Source: a phage
DNA: 64,000 bases
Reading direction: 5' to 3' (one strand)
Sequence record: PX969468.1
Under the pieces are notes generated by a model. It ran no database searches and had not been told where the DNA came from. It saw nothing but the letters and a program-made list of their open reading frames with translations. Shown here piece by piece: positions 27,106 to 36,464 of the stretch (position 1 is its first letter; the number at the start of each line of letters is the position of its first letter). Both the position numbers and the translations under genes were made by a program.

Positions 27106-27699
27106 TCAAATACCTTCTAAAAACTTTCCTATTTTATACCAGCTATCAGCGGTATAGTCAACACTGACCTTTAACTCCTCAAATTGCTCATAAGGCGTAT
27201 CTTTTAAGATTTTAATAACTTCAGGTCGTGAAGCGAATTGGTTCAGGTATTCATGCCTGTCGTCAATTATAACATCTACAGCCACATTTCCTTTAAAATG
27301 TGTGGCGTAGAATCCGTGGCCCTGGGTGTGATCGTCCAGATCCATAAACTCACTTGTCCAACGCTTTAAGAACCTTGATTTAGATGCAAGGTGACCTTTC
27401 TTGCATACCGAGATAAATGCAAGCTTGTGACCACGAGCCACCAAATCTTTCATAACCTCAATAGCCCCCTCTTCAGGCTTAAGGAAGTCGTAGAGGAACG
27501 GATCACTCCAGAAATCAAAAGGTCCTATGATGTTTTCTTTGGGGCGATCAGGCCAATACTTTGACAGATCGTAATACATCAGCCCATTAGAAGGTTTAAC
27601 GACTGTCTTACTGGCTGGACCATACAAACGCTCCAACCACTCCCACCATGCTGTTCCTGAATCTACCAGTGTCAAATCTACATCAATTCCGATTAACAT
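27106..27699 (-). CDS. HAD-superfamily hydrolase, 5'(3')-deoxyribonucleotidase-like
   Basis: N-terminal DxDxT motif (IGIDVDLTLVDS); about 190 aa. Confidence 0.5.
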   Translation of the reverse strand: MLIGIDVDLTLVDSGTAWWEWLERLYGPASKTVVKPSNGLMYYDLSKYWPDRPKENIIGPFDFWSDPFLYDFLKPEEGAIEVMKDLVARGHKLAFISVCKKGHLASKSRFLKRWTSEFMDLDDHTQGHGFYATHFKGNVAVDVIIDDRHEYLNQFASRPEVIKILKDTPYEQFEELKVSVDYTADSWYKIGKFLEGI

Positions 27700-28310
27700 T
27701 CTTCTTGGGCCTCTTTAGCATCAATATACTTGCACACAATCTCCGATGCACATCCCCAAGGTGCACCTTCAGGATTTACAACATCGAACTCAATCCCTTT
27801 TATTCCATTCTTTTCCAGACTTAGATAGGTTCTGGAATCATTTCCCCAGTCATATCCAACACGGTGAATACGGAACAACAACAGATCTCCACCTGTGCTG
27901 TATGCGTACTCACTAAGGCATGCCAGCTCCTCTTTGAATCCACCATCGGAGTAAACAACAACCCCTTTACCTTTAGGGAAATCTTTCTTCAAGGATGTGA
28001 CTGCGGCCTTACCGAAAGCATCTTCACCAAAGATAGGTTTAATCAGATTTTCACTACAATGGATCATCCACTCTCGCGGAGAAACATGCTTACCGTCTAT
28101 CATTAAGAAAGGGCAAGGCTCTTCTTTGTAGTGGCGGTCATAAAGTGCATTCCAGAGTTGAGGAGTTACACCAGCTGCCTTAATTGCCACGCTGAAGAGC
28201 ATCTCCTTAACCTCACGATGGTGTGAGTTAGGAATAGCTTCCAACAAGAGATCTGCAATGTGATCCTTACCACTACTAGGTGGGGCGTTAAGAACAATAA
28301 TATCCATCAA
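27693..28310 (-). CDS. deoxynucleoside monophosphate kinase-like P-loop kinase
   Basis: P-loop NAPPSSGKDHIADLL resembles the T4 gene 1 dNMP kinase N-terminus. Confidence 0.5.
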   Translation of the reverse strand: MMDIIVLNAPPSSGKDHIADLLLEAIPNSHHREVKEMLFSVAIKAAGVTPQLWNALYDRHYKEEPCPFLMIDGKHVSPREWMIHCSENLIKPIFGEDAFGKAAVTSLKKDFPKGKGVVVYSDGGFKEELACLSEYAYSTGGDLLLFRIHRVGYDWGNDSRTYLSLEKNGIKGIEFDVVNPEGAPWGCASEIVCKYIDAKEAQEEC

Positions 28311-28510
28311 AAACCTCCGTGGTATTCTTCAACTGCATCAATAATACTTTTACACTCATCTACCAGCTCGTTAGCCACTACAGCATCGTCTTCCCAAACA
28401 GCCTCTTCAATCTGATCAAGCAATGATCGCATCTTATCCATCATTTCTGGGATAAAGTTTTCTGAAAAGCTGTCTGGAACTGTTAACTTTAGTGTCATTG
28501 CGGTCTCCAA
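28307..28510 (-). CDS. hypothetical protein
   Basis: Track ORF. Confidence 0.45.
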   Translation of the reverse strand: METAMTLKLTVPDSFSENFIPEMMDKMRSLLDQIEEAVWEDDAVVANELVDECKSIIDAVEEYHGGF

Positions 28511-28525
28511 TCATACTATGCGTTA

Positions 28526-28984
28526 TTAGAAGTTTGTTTTTACACGTCCCTTTTCATCTACCTCATTGTTAGCTAAAAGCGTTACAAAGTCTGTGAAACG
28601 GACATGAAGAACTCTTTTCTTGTCAAGGTATCCTAAAGCCACCCCTGAAAAATTTAGCATCAAGGGGGCTAAAGAAGCTCTAGCACTGAAATGCTGTTGT
28701 TCTACTCTTCCTACACCCTTAGTGTAGGATGGGTTAAGATTGTAAGTTCTGAATCCCAGTTTTGTTGGAGCTTTAGAATTAAAAACAACTTTATAGCGTT
28801 TCTTACTCAACTTATGCTCCAGGATAAGAATTCCCTTATCACCCTTGATAAGTTGAAAATCTGTAAAGTGCTCTTTTAAGACGAAAGGTAGTGCCAGTCC
28901 CATAGCCTGGCCTCTTTGTACCGCTGTCTCACCAAAAGCTTTTGCATCAGTAAGTTCTTTGGTCAAGTCTATGCTTTTGATCAT
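28526..28984 (-). CDS. hypothetical protein (downstream of methyltransferase)
   Basis: Track ORF overlapping the 3' end of the methyltransferase gene. Confidence 0.45.
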   Translation of the reverse strand: MIKSIDLTKELTDAKAFGETAVQRGQAMGLALPFVLKEHFTDFQLIKGDKGILILEHKLSKKRYKVVFNSKAPTKLGFRTYNLNPSYTKGVGRVEQQHFSARASLAPLMLNFSGVALGYLDKKRVLHVRFTDFVTLLANNEVDEKGRVKTNF

Positions 28985-29765
28985 ACCGGGTCTCCAAAAT
29001 GTATTGTAGTTCTTTCTTGCCTATACTCTTCATTCCAGCAGTCTTACCTGCTTCTTCTTGAAAAGAAGAATAGCATTCAGCAAACACTCTGTCAACACCG
29101 TCAACTAAAGATTTTATGAAATATGTAGATTCTTCAGATTTTGGATCATCATCACCCAATACTTTTCCAGCGTTATACCCAACACGTCTTACACAGAAGT
29201 CGTAGTCATCCGGTGTGCCAAAAGAAAATAACTTATTCTCTCCAATCTCTACAGGATCCCTATTGCACGCCTTTTTCTCCCAAATTTGGAAAACACATGG
29301 CACGTCATAAGGTTTGCCATTAAGTAAAAACGAGTTCTTAGGGCACCTTTCGCTGTAGACAAGGTGCATAGACATGTCCAGCCTGTTTGAAAAAAATATT
29401 TTTTCAAATGTCCGTGGCAAGATGAAGGCTATAGCCCCGCCAAGCTCTAGCAATGATGCACAATGGTTAAAGAATTTGCAAGCTAAAGATGAATTCTTAC
29501 CAAACGGTGGGTTACCTATGAAGACATCTGCCTTGGGGTGCACCTCCAAGAAGTTTGCCTGAATGCACGGTGTTGGTCCTTCAAATTCAGGATCTGGTAC
29601 TAAATCGTACGACAGTATCTCTGAAAATAGTTTTGAAAAAGAACCTCTTCCAGCAGAAGGCTCAACGTATGCACAATTCCCATACTTATCTTTTACTTTA
29701 CCAACAAGATATTCTGCATACTCAGGGTTTGTGTAATATTTGTCGTTGGACTCTTTCTTACTCAA
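28947..29765 (-). CDS. DNA N6-adenine methyltransferase
   Basis: Motif I-like VEPSAGRGSF and motif IV FIGNPPFG; probable TTG start preceded by GGAGG. Confidence 0.6.
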   Translation of the reverse strand: MSKKESNDKYYTNPEYAEYLVGKVKDKYGNCAYVEPSAGRGSFSKLFSEILSYDLVPDPEFEGPTPCIQANFLEVHPKADVFIGNPPFGKNSSLACKFFNHCASLLELGGAIAFILPRTFEKIFFSNRLDMSMHLVYSERCPKNSFLLNGKPYDVPCVFQIWEKKACNRDPVEIGENKLFSFGTPDDYDFCVRRVGYNAGKVLGDDDPKSEESTYFIKSLVDGVDRVFAECYSSFQEEAGKTAGMKSIGKKELQYILETRYDQKHRLDQRTY

Positions 29766-29770
29766 AGTGC

Positions 29771-29802
29771 CTCCAAAAGGAAAAGGGAGGCGCAAGCCTC
29801 CC
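29771..29802 (-). terminator. rho-independent terminator (GGGAGGC-GCAA-GCCTCCC plus T-run)
   Basis: 7-bp GC stem with GNRA loop, followed on the minus strand by TTTTCCTTTT; lies between the exonuclease and methyltransferase genes. Confidence 0.6.
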
Positions 29803-29810
29803 TATACTTG

Positions 29811-30794
29811 TTAGATTATCTGAATCAGGGTGTTTTTCATCTCTTCTCGGGTACGGATGTTGTTACGATCACGAACAACAGATCCACAACCTTCGCAGCG
29901 GTATGTTTTAAATGCACTCAGCTGAGTATATGCCAAAGCTTCTTCCTCGTGAAGGTGTTCTCCACCACAGCGTGGGCAACGAACCTTTGGCTCCTCGTCC
30001 TGGTAATACAATGACATGTTTGGGTGTTGCTTAGCAAACGGGCGAGCCAGCAAATACAGTCCTTCCAGAGACAGGATATCACCAACATTATACTCCCGCA
30101 TCTGCTTAAATGCCTCAAGATCACCATGGACACACTTGATCCACATTTCAAATGTGTGATCAATCAGTTTCTGTCGGGCCAGTTGGAAGTATTTGCATGC
30201 ATACTCCAAAGTGTTTGCATTCAAACGGAATGCCTTCTTGATCATTTTAAGGGTGTCAACCTCTTTGTAGGGGCTTGTTGGAGGCAACCCGTGAAATGCA
30301 AATCGTTGGTTGGCCCACCCGCAGTCAAAACCTGAATTGTGGGCTACTGCGACATCGCATTTATCCAGATAATACCACAAATCCTGAATCAATTCGAGAT
30401 CATTGTGAATATCTTCATCCCACATTTTGTAATCTGGAAGAGCGCAGTCAACTACACTAGGGCTGTCTAACCACTTACCTGCGAAAGTTAGCATATAGGG
30501 CATAACTTCAATACCACAGGTTTGAATGTTGGTCTTATAGTGCCCAAAGAACCAGCCGTTTGTTGGGGATGTCTCTGTATCATACACCCAAACTTTAGCA
30601 CCTTTGTGCTCTTCAAGGAAGCGCTCCGTTGCTTCTCCTACAATCTCTGACATATTCTCTTGTGCACGTTTAAGCTGTAGTCGGATCCAGCTCTCACGTG
30701 ACTCACGGCCTAAAAATTCACGAGCAATTTGTCTATTAGTGTATCCCTGTTGCTTTAGTGTTAAAATTTGCTCAAGAGTTAACTTTGTCATCAT
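29811..30794 (-). CDS. DnaQ-like (DEDDy) 3'-5' exonuclease with N-terminal HTH and C-terminal zinc ribbon
   Basis: Exo motifs VWVYDTETSP, AHNSGFDCGW and YNVGDILSLE; C-terminal CPRCG...CEGCG. Confidence 0.55.
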   Translation of the reverse strand: MMTKLTLEQILTLKQQGYTNRQIAREFLGRESRESWIRLQLKRAQENMSEIVGEATERFLEEHKGAKVWVYDTETSPTNGWFFGHYKTNIQTCGIEVMPYMLTFAGKWLDSPSVVDCALPDYKMWDEDIHNDLELIQDLWYYLDKCDVAVAHNSGFDCGWANQRFAFHGLPPTSPYKEVDTLKMIKKAFRLNANTLEYACKYFQLARQKLIDHTFEMWIKCVHGDLEAFKQMREYNVGDILSLEGLYLLARPFAKQHPNMSLYYQDEEPKVRCPRCGGEHLHEEEALAYTQLSAFKTYRCEGCGSVVRDRNNIRTREEMKNTLIQII

Positions 30795-30806
30795 CGTTAA
30801 GATTCC

Positions 30807-31028
30807 TTAGTAAAACTGAAGAATGTCTTTTAAAGCGAAGTCACGATATTCGCCCTTGTCTACATCGAAGGCACGCATCAACCACTGCTCTTCTTTATGA
30901 TACTCTGTAGAGCCAAACCATAAATTAGGCTCAGTAACGCAGCGATCTGCAACAACACCTTTCCAGTTACGGTATTTCATCCTGATCAGGACTGAGTCGC
31001 AAGGATTGAATACCTTTTTCATCCCCAT
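30807..31028 (-). CDS. hypothetical protein
   Basis: Track ORF; overlaps the 3' end of the upstream gene. Confidence 0.4.
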   Translation of the reverse strand: MGMKKVFNPCDSVLIRMKYRNWKGVVADRCVTEPNLWFGSTEYHKEEQWLMRAFDVDKGEYRDFALKDILQFY

Positions 31029-31572
31029 AGAAATCTCTCTCCTCAGTTTTCTTTATAAACTCTTGCATGTAGAACTCAATAGCCTCATGCTTGGTGCACT
31101 CCGGATCAATGACAAGATTGAGATCTGATTCTGCTCGTGCAATAATCGTAGCTTTAGAGCATCTCCTCAAGAACTTTGTCATATCATCTCTGTAGTTTTT
31201 GTGGAGCGGGAAGTCGCTGTAGTCTTTCTCCAAATAGTCAGCCATCCGGCGCAACGCCTCTGATAAACTGCAATCTGTATACTCGTTACAGTATTTCATC
31301 CAGTATTTAAGCACATACCCCTCAAAGGTATTAGTGCATTGAGACAAAACACCCCTGCAACGACCAGTCAGATGATCATGATCTAAACAAGGCTTACGAA
31401 GTGGCTCGCACAAGATCGGATCAAGACCATCCTGCTCCTCTGACAATTCTTTTCGAAAGTTGGCTATGTCCTTAGAATCTTTTAACCACCCGTTATGAAC
31501 GGGGGCTTTGACAGCTTTCTTTCTTATTTTACGCTTTGCGATAATCCCTCCAGATGCGCCCTGCCTATCCAA
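30967..31572 (-). CDS. endonuclease VII-like (T4 gp49-type) junction-resolving nuclease; start uncertain
   Basis: CLDHDHLTGRCRGVLSQCTN matches the EndoVII DHDHxxGxxRGxLCxxCN core. Confidence 0.5.
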   Translation of the reverse strand: MDRQGASGGIIAKRKIRKKAVKAPVHNGWLKDSKDIANFRKELSEEQDGLDPILCEPLRKPCLDHDHLTGRCRGVLSQCTNTFEGYVLKYWMKYCNEYTDCSLSEALRRMADYLEKDYSDFPLHKNYRDDMTKFLRRCSKATIIARAESDLNLVIDPECTKHEAIEFYMQEFIKKTEERDFYGDEKGIQSLRLSPDQDEIP

Positions 31573-32153
31573 TAAGCATCTGCGAGATCGGCCTTACCTT
31601 GTACCAAATTGATCCCATCTAGGAACCCAGGTTCAGATACTTCGCAGGCCTTAACCATCAACTTTTTATCCATTGTAACAGGTTTCTTCACAGTATGCTC
31701 TTTACCTGTCTTTTTGTCAAGCTTTTTCTTCTCCTCGAAAGCAAGTTCCTCAGGAAGATGACTACGAGCAAACTTTTTGGCAGTTGTTGGTGTCACTGTG
31801 TGGACCTTAAACAGGCCGTCATTTTCACAATCAGCTAAGGCATCCCAAAGCATAACTTCAAGACCGTAAAACAACCCAGCCAGTTCACGTGTGGCATCCC
31901 CGCGTGATCCAAAGGAAAGCCCTTCCATAACTACGGTGTCAACGCCGTGCGTGTGGATATAATATCTGACCTGTTTGCAGATCCAGTCAATACGCTCAGC
32001 AGCTGTTGCAAAAGAAACCGTCCCTGGTTTCTTCTCTTTTGCAGATGAGCTTTGAGTTCGTAACACAACCTTATGAACAGGCTTTCCATCGTCCCATACA
32101 ACGCAAGCTGTGTGTGTCAACGACTGGTCTATGGATAATAGACGCTCTCTCAT
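31524..32153 (-). CDS. RuvC-like Holliday junction resolvase (RNase H fold)
   Basis: N-terminal LLSIDQSLTHTACVV and VVMEGLSFG resemble RuvC/YqgF catalytic strands. Confidence 0.45.
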   Translation of the reverse strand: MRERLLSIDQSLTHTACVVWDDGKPVHKVVLRTQSSSAKEKKPGTVSFATAAERIDWICKQVRYYIHTHGVDTVVMEGLSFGSRGDATRELAGLFYGLEVMLWDALADCENDGLFKVHTVTPTTAKKFARSHLPEELAFEEKKKLDKKTGKEHTVKKPVTMDKKLMVKACEVSEPGFLDGINLVQGKADLADAYWIGRAHLEGLSQSVK

Positions 32154-32485
32154 GCTTCCTCATCCTCCTCTCCTTCATCAGGAGCATAAGCCTTATCTTT
32201 GAACAAGACGAGAGAGCAAAGCTTAACATCTGTTTCCACACTGGTGAACATGCATAACCGCTCGCCCTCAATCAGCTCACAATCCTCTTTTAAAACAGCA
32301 GACCATACACGGTCATCTGCGTAATCATCCGTGTACAGGATGTATGAAATGGTGTCATCTTCATACAACCGCCACATACCTGTGGCAACAACGAATGTGT
32401 TTTTTGTTTTAAGTGTCCCTGTTGTATGATCATCCTCAAAAACAGCTTCCATAATTGCGTTATCTACAGCATTTTTAGTCATCAA
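32150..32485 (-). CDS. hypothetical acidic protein
   Basis: Track ORF. Confidence 0.45.
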   Translation of the reverse strand: MMTKNAVDNAIMEAVFEDDHTTGTLKTKNTFVVATGMWRLYEDDTISYILYTDDYADDRVWSAVLKEDCELIEGERLCMFTSVETDVKLCSLVLFKDKAYAPDEGEEDEEA

Positions 32486-33621
32486 ATTGCTCCAACATTT
32501 CTAAGAACATTAACAAGTTTTGTTTGATCATTGAATGTTCGCTTCATATACAAACAGTCAAAAATTATACTCATCCATTGACCTACGGAAATTCTGCGAT
32601 CAATACCATTGAAGTCAGTATACTTAACAACACCTTTCGGGAACCACTTCTTGTACTGATCAATAATAGCCACCCACATCTCCTTTGGAGTGCTGCACTG
32701 AGACAGTAGGTAGAATGCTGAGGCATCCCCGAACTTACCCTTACCGATAAGTCCTTGATACGGCTTGATATTGTCAGCAGAGTCACCACACAGCATTTGG
32801 TATCCGAAGAACAGCATCCCGTAACCACCAACCTCTCCATTAGGCTTCATGAAGATGTTCCCCATACCGTTATCGATCAGCATAGGGGTTTCCCTTACAA
32901 AATCTCCCTTATCGTTTCGCATGGGATCGAACACAAGCCCCGGTAGTGTTCTTTGGTCCTTATCAATAGAGATAATAAACTTGTTGAACTTACCTGTTTT
33001 TTGGTAGTGGTTCCAACCTTCAAATTGCTGGATAGCTAACCAGTCGTCAGCCTCGATACCGTTGATCACTTGAGCATTATACTGCTTTTGGAGATACTGT
33101 CTTGCATCTCCAAGCAGCAGTGGTCGAAGAGTATTGTTACGGTTGGCTTTATATCTTTCCGGCATGGGAAGATCTAGTCTGAAATTACCTGTGCCTCCAA
33201 GTACCCCTACGCACCGATCTTCCGGAATACCGAGATAATTAAGGACTGCATTAGCTTTACACTTAATTGTGTGCAAGCAGTTCTCTACAGGATCAGGGGT
33301 TTGGATATCCAAGACATCGAAATCTTCTCGTGTCCACGGAATAAACTCCTTGCCAGCCTTTTTACATGCAGCTTCACGGTTGGTATTCTCAGCTTTTAAC
33401 CAACCACCAACGGTGTTCTTCTGCCGCCCCCAGAACTCTGTTCGTGTTTTAAACATCTTCTTACGTCCGGAGGCTTTGTGTGTTACCTCAATTGTCCTTT
33501 TTTCACAACTTGCTGCAGCTTGATATGCAACCTGATCGAAGTCATAATAAACTATAGCGTCAGGTTCAAGAAGATCAGCCAGACAATCTATGGACTCAAT
33601 AAGTGGATATTCTCTACTCAA
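32482..33621 (-). CDS. 5'-3' exonuclease / flap endonuclease (RNase H-like)
   Basis: GIEADDWLAIQQ matches the GxEADD motif of 5' nucleases. Confidence 0.6.
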   Translation of the reverse strand: MSREYPLIESIDCLADLLEPDAIVYYDFDQVAYQAAASCEKRTIEVTHKASGRKKMFKTRTEFWGRQKNTVGGWLKAENTNREAACKKAGKEFIPWTREDFDVLDIQTPDPVENCLHTIKCKANAVLNYLGIPEDRCVGVLGGTGNFRLDLPMPERYKANRNNTLRPLLLGDARQYLQKQYNAQVINGIEADDWLAIQQFEGWNHYQKTGKFNKFIISIDKDQRTLPGLVFDPMRNDKGDFVRETPMLIDNGMGNIFMKPNGEVGGYGMLFFGYQMLCGDSADNIKPYQGLIGKGKFGDASAFYLLSQCSTPKEMWVAIIDQYKKWFPKGVVKYTDFNGIDRRISVGQWMSIIFDCLYMKRTFNDQTKLVNVLRNVGAI

Positions 33622-33922
33622 AGACCCTCCTGTTAGTTATTCTGCAAGATGGTTGGATGCTGTAATGGAATGCATCATCACTCTCTGCAATAAGTGACTC
33701 AACATCCCAATACTTTTCAAAAAGGAACGGATTAGACCCCCAGTGGTGGGTTATTTTCATCAAGGAGTCTGGTATCATATAACCACAGATCTTAATTACA
33801 TCGCCAGGTTGAATTGTGTTTTCATGAAGGTTGCTTGCCTTCTTCAGAATCATACCTTTATGATTCTCGTTTGCATACAACTGGACAATATCTTTATCTT
33901 CAACAATAAAAATTTTAAGCAT
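33614..33922 (-). CDS. hypothetical protein
   Basis: Track ORF. Confidence 0.45.
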   Translation of the reverse strand: MLKIFIVEDKDIVQLYANENHKGMILKKASNLHENTIQPGDVIKICGYMIPDSLMKITHHWGSNPFLFEKYWDVESLIAESDDAFHYSIQPSCRITNRRVFE

Positions 33923-33981
33923 ATCTAGTTCTCCTAGTTTATAGATATCTGACCGATAATATCAGATTAATAACACTTTTG

Positions 33982-34275
33982 TCAAGACTTTTTAGTCTTT
34001 CTTGGAGAGCTTTTTGTTGATCTTTTCCTTTTGTGGTAGATTCCAAGTGCAGCGTTTTCTTGGGCGCACGTTTTAACAGTTCTCAGACAAGAACTTTCAG
34101 CTTTAGGCAGGTTTAACTCCCACCAACCAAGCCAGTAAAGTTCTGATTCAGACAACTGCTCAGATTCAGCCTTCCGATACAAGGCTTGCATACCTCTGAT
34201 GATATCGTCCAGAGGTGTATCGAATACAAAAGCTGTCTTATCGAATTTCTCTTTTACAGGTCTCTTAGCCATCAA
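33982..34275 (-). CDS. hypothetical protein (basic C-terminus)
   Basis: Track ORF. Confidence 0.45.
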   Translation of the reverse strand: MMAKRPVKEKFDKTAFVFDTPLDDIIRGMQALYRKAESEQLSESELYWLGWWELNLPKAESSCLRTVKTCAQENAALGIYHKRKRSTKSSPRKTKKS

Positions 34276-34729
34276 GGTAACCCTCTATCCACGAAAAGTC
34301 AGTCTTCCATTCTGGAACTTTACTAAGCTCACGCCACTCTGCAAAGCAGTCTCTGTAATACGCCTCTGCCATACCTTTGGTGATCTTATTCACCTTAGCC
34401 AACTGATTAACTGCCTGAGCATACTTTCCACGGATATTTGCTAACCCAGGATGCACCGATGTGTGACAATCTGGGCACAACGCTATCAGTCCGACAAGCC
34501 GGATCACTCCATCTTCGAAAGTGTAAAGTTCATGACACTCCACTGGGTGTTTGCTGCCTTTACCGCCGCACACCTCACAGGTGTAGTTGGCTTCTCTATA
34601 GCACTTCTTGCGGATCTTATCCCACTCACTCTTCTTTACAGCGTTTCGGAGGTTATTATACCAAGCTGTTTCTGGGATCAGTTGCACAATAAGCCTGCGT
34701 TCAGACTTCATTAAACGTCCGTCTTCCAC
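34265..34729 (-). CDS. HNH-like zinc-finger nuclease family protein
   Basis: CEVCGG...HPVECHELY...LCPDCH pattern. Confidence 0.4.
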   Translation of the reverse strand: MEDGRLMKSERRLIVQLIPETAWYNNLRNAVKKSEWDKIRKKCYREANYTCEVCGGKGSKHPVECHELYTFEDGVIRLVGLIALCPDCHTSVHPGLANIRGKYAQAVNQLAKVNKITKGMAEAYYRDCFAEWRELSKVPEWKTDFSWIEGYLDG

Positions 34730-34738
34730 GTATTCTCC

Positions 34739-34945
34739 TCATTCAAAGAAATGGGTGCGAGGACAAGATCCAGCCTCGCCTTGTTTCACAAGCTCGTAGA
34801 GCTCACCTTGACTTGTCTCATAAAGGCAAATACGTTTACCATTGTCCCGGTATACATCGACAAGATACGCTGTTTCACCTGCAAACACGACACCACAGGC
34901 CAGACATGCTGCCATGAACAAAATTGCCAACAGAAAATCTTTCAT
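34739..34945 (-). CDS. small secreted protein or lipoprotein (signal peptide)
   Basis: N-terminal hydrophobic signal (MKDFLLAILFMAACLACGVVFAG). Confidence 0.45.
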   Translation of the reverse strand: MKDFLLAILFMAACLACGVVFAGETAYLVDVYRDNGKRICLYETSQGELYELVKQGEAGSCPRTHFFE

Positions 34946-35008
34946 GGTTAAACCCTCCTAAACATTTTATGAGGTAACAATACCACGTCCGTGTGGTTAT
35001 GTCAATGA

Positions 35009-35770
35009 TCAATCCTTAACACAAGGTCTTGGATAGCCTCTGGATAACTTCCACTCAGTTAGTGACATCTCTCCGTAGAGACAGTTTACTTCCCAAGACT
35101 TTCTTGCACAAACTGCCTCCCACCACGGATTTAGCCACTTCCTGTCGTTGAAGCACCTTAAGTTTCTTCCTTTGTTATCTCGTGCCCTCCAACAGGTATC
35201 TTTCTTAGACCAATCAATACCGGGCAGGATATTATTCTTGTGCGGGTTTGGAACTATCTTTAAAGCCTCTTCCGGGTTGGCTATCGACCATTCAATCCTA
35301 GATTTAGCCTCTTCGAAAGTGTCAAAATCTCCCAACCTAACATTTACCCTATTTATCCTTCTACTTGCCCTCCACTTACCCTCTCTTTTCAGCCATACCA
35401 CACCAGTCACTGTAGAGGTATTATTGCTTTGTACATTTTCCAAGGCTCTCTTACAGTAGTTATCCCATGGCTTCAACATTTGAAGGTTTTCTATCTTGTC
35501 TACAGGCACTCCGTTAGTAGAATTTTTCTTAGATACGATATGATCGATATGCCAAGTATCTGTGACACATCCGTAAAACATGTCAAAAATTTCCCTATGT
35601 CTGCCACGTTTAACATTTGTCAGCTTATTGTACACTTGGAAATATCCAGTCTTTTTGTTGTAGTGTCCAGCCCTATTTCCATTCCTACTGTAGCCAGGTT
35701 TCCAAAAGATTAGATCACCATCCTTGTACCAATAAGGGTAATGATCATTAAAAAAGAAATGTATCTTCAT
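35009..35770 (-). CDS. free-standing HNH homing endonuclease with AP2-like DNA-binding domain
   Basis: HNH motif HIDHIVSKKNSTNGVPVDKIENLQML; AP2-like VTGVVWLKREGKWRASRRINRVNVRLGDFDTFEEA. Confidence 0.65.
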   Translation of the reverse strand: MKIHFFFNDHYPYWYKDGDLIFWKPGYSRNGNRAGHYNKKTGYFQVYNKLTNVKRGRHREIFDMFYGCVTDTWHIDHIVSKKNSTNGVPVDKIENLQMLKPWDNYCKRALENVQSNNTSTVTGVVWLKREGKWRASRRINRVNVRLGDFDTFEEAKSRIEWSIANPEEALKIVPNPHKNNILPGIDWSKKDTCWRARDNKGRNLRCFNDRKWLNPWWEAVCARKSWEVNCLYGEMSLTEWKLSRGYPRPCVKD

Positions 35771-35824
35771 ATCTCAACACACCTCTGGTGTAGAAAGGTA
35801 GGCGAGTGGCCTACCTTTTGATCA

Positions 35825-36322
35825 TTAATCCAGAACAACACCTCCAAACTCTACAAATTTCTTAAGCAACTTGTCAATGGTTTTTGGATTTTGGTCGTAC
35901 TGGTTGTATGGGAACGAAGCCCAAATATTTGAGGTCTTACGTATAGCAGATTTAATATGACCGTTATCTATGTCTTCAAGTGCTTTACGTTCCCTGATCA
36001 ACTGGATTGCCCACTTATCCTGGCTATCTGGTCCAAAATCCGGCAACTTAAGCTGTTTTTTGTAGTGTTCCCAGTATTTGACAAGAAATTGATATTTACC
36101 GCAGGCTGTAGTTCTTTGCCCTTTTGAGTTAAACACTTTACCAGGGCGACCGTTTGCAAAAGGGTGTGTAGAAAAATCTGTAAAGATTTCAGGTTTTCCG
36201 TCCATCCCGTATGCTACAACATCGTATCCTCCACATTTGGTGGCAGGGTGGGTTGTTGTTCCCTCTGCCCAGCCAATAAGATCCAAGAAAGCTTTTCGTT
36301 GAATATTTTTATCAAGTTTCAT
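35825..36322 (-). CDS. endolysin, lambda R-like lytic transglycosylase
   Basis: NIQRKAFLDLIGWAEGT... aligns by eye with lambda R (NNQRKAFLDMLAWSEGT), including the catalytic Glu context; 165 aa. Confidence 0.8.
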   Translation of the reverse strand: MKLDKNIQRKAFLDLIGWAEGTTTHPATKCGGYDVVAYGMDGKPEIFTDFSTHPFANGRPGKVFNSKGQRTTACGKYQFLVKYWEHYKKQLKLPDFGPDSQDKWAIQLIRERKALEDIDNGHIKSAIRKTSNIWASFPYNQYDQNPKTIDKLLKKFVEFGGVVLD

Positions 36323-36464
36323 TTTTCATACTCTCCAGTTCACTCATAACGAGCCCCGATCAGCACCACTGTGTGGTGTGGCTAGGTTGCCCAGTTCATA
36401 CATCAGGGCATATGTAGGTGCAAATTGAAAACACTTATTCAATTGGCTACTAAACATACCTAAA

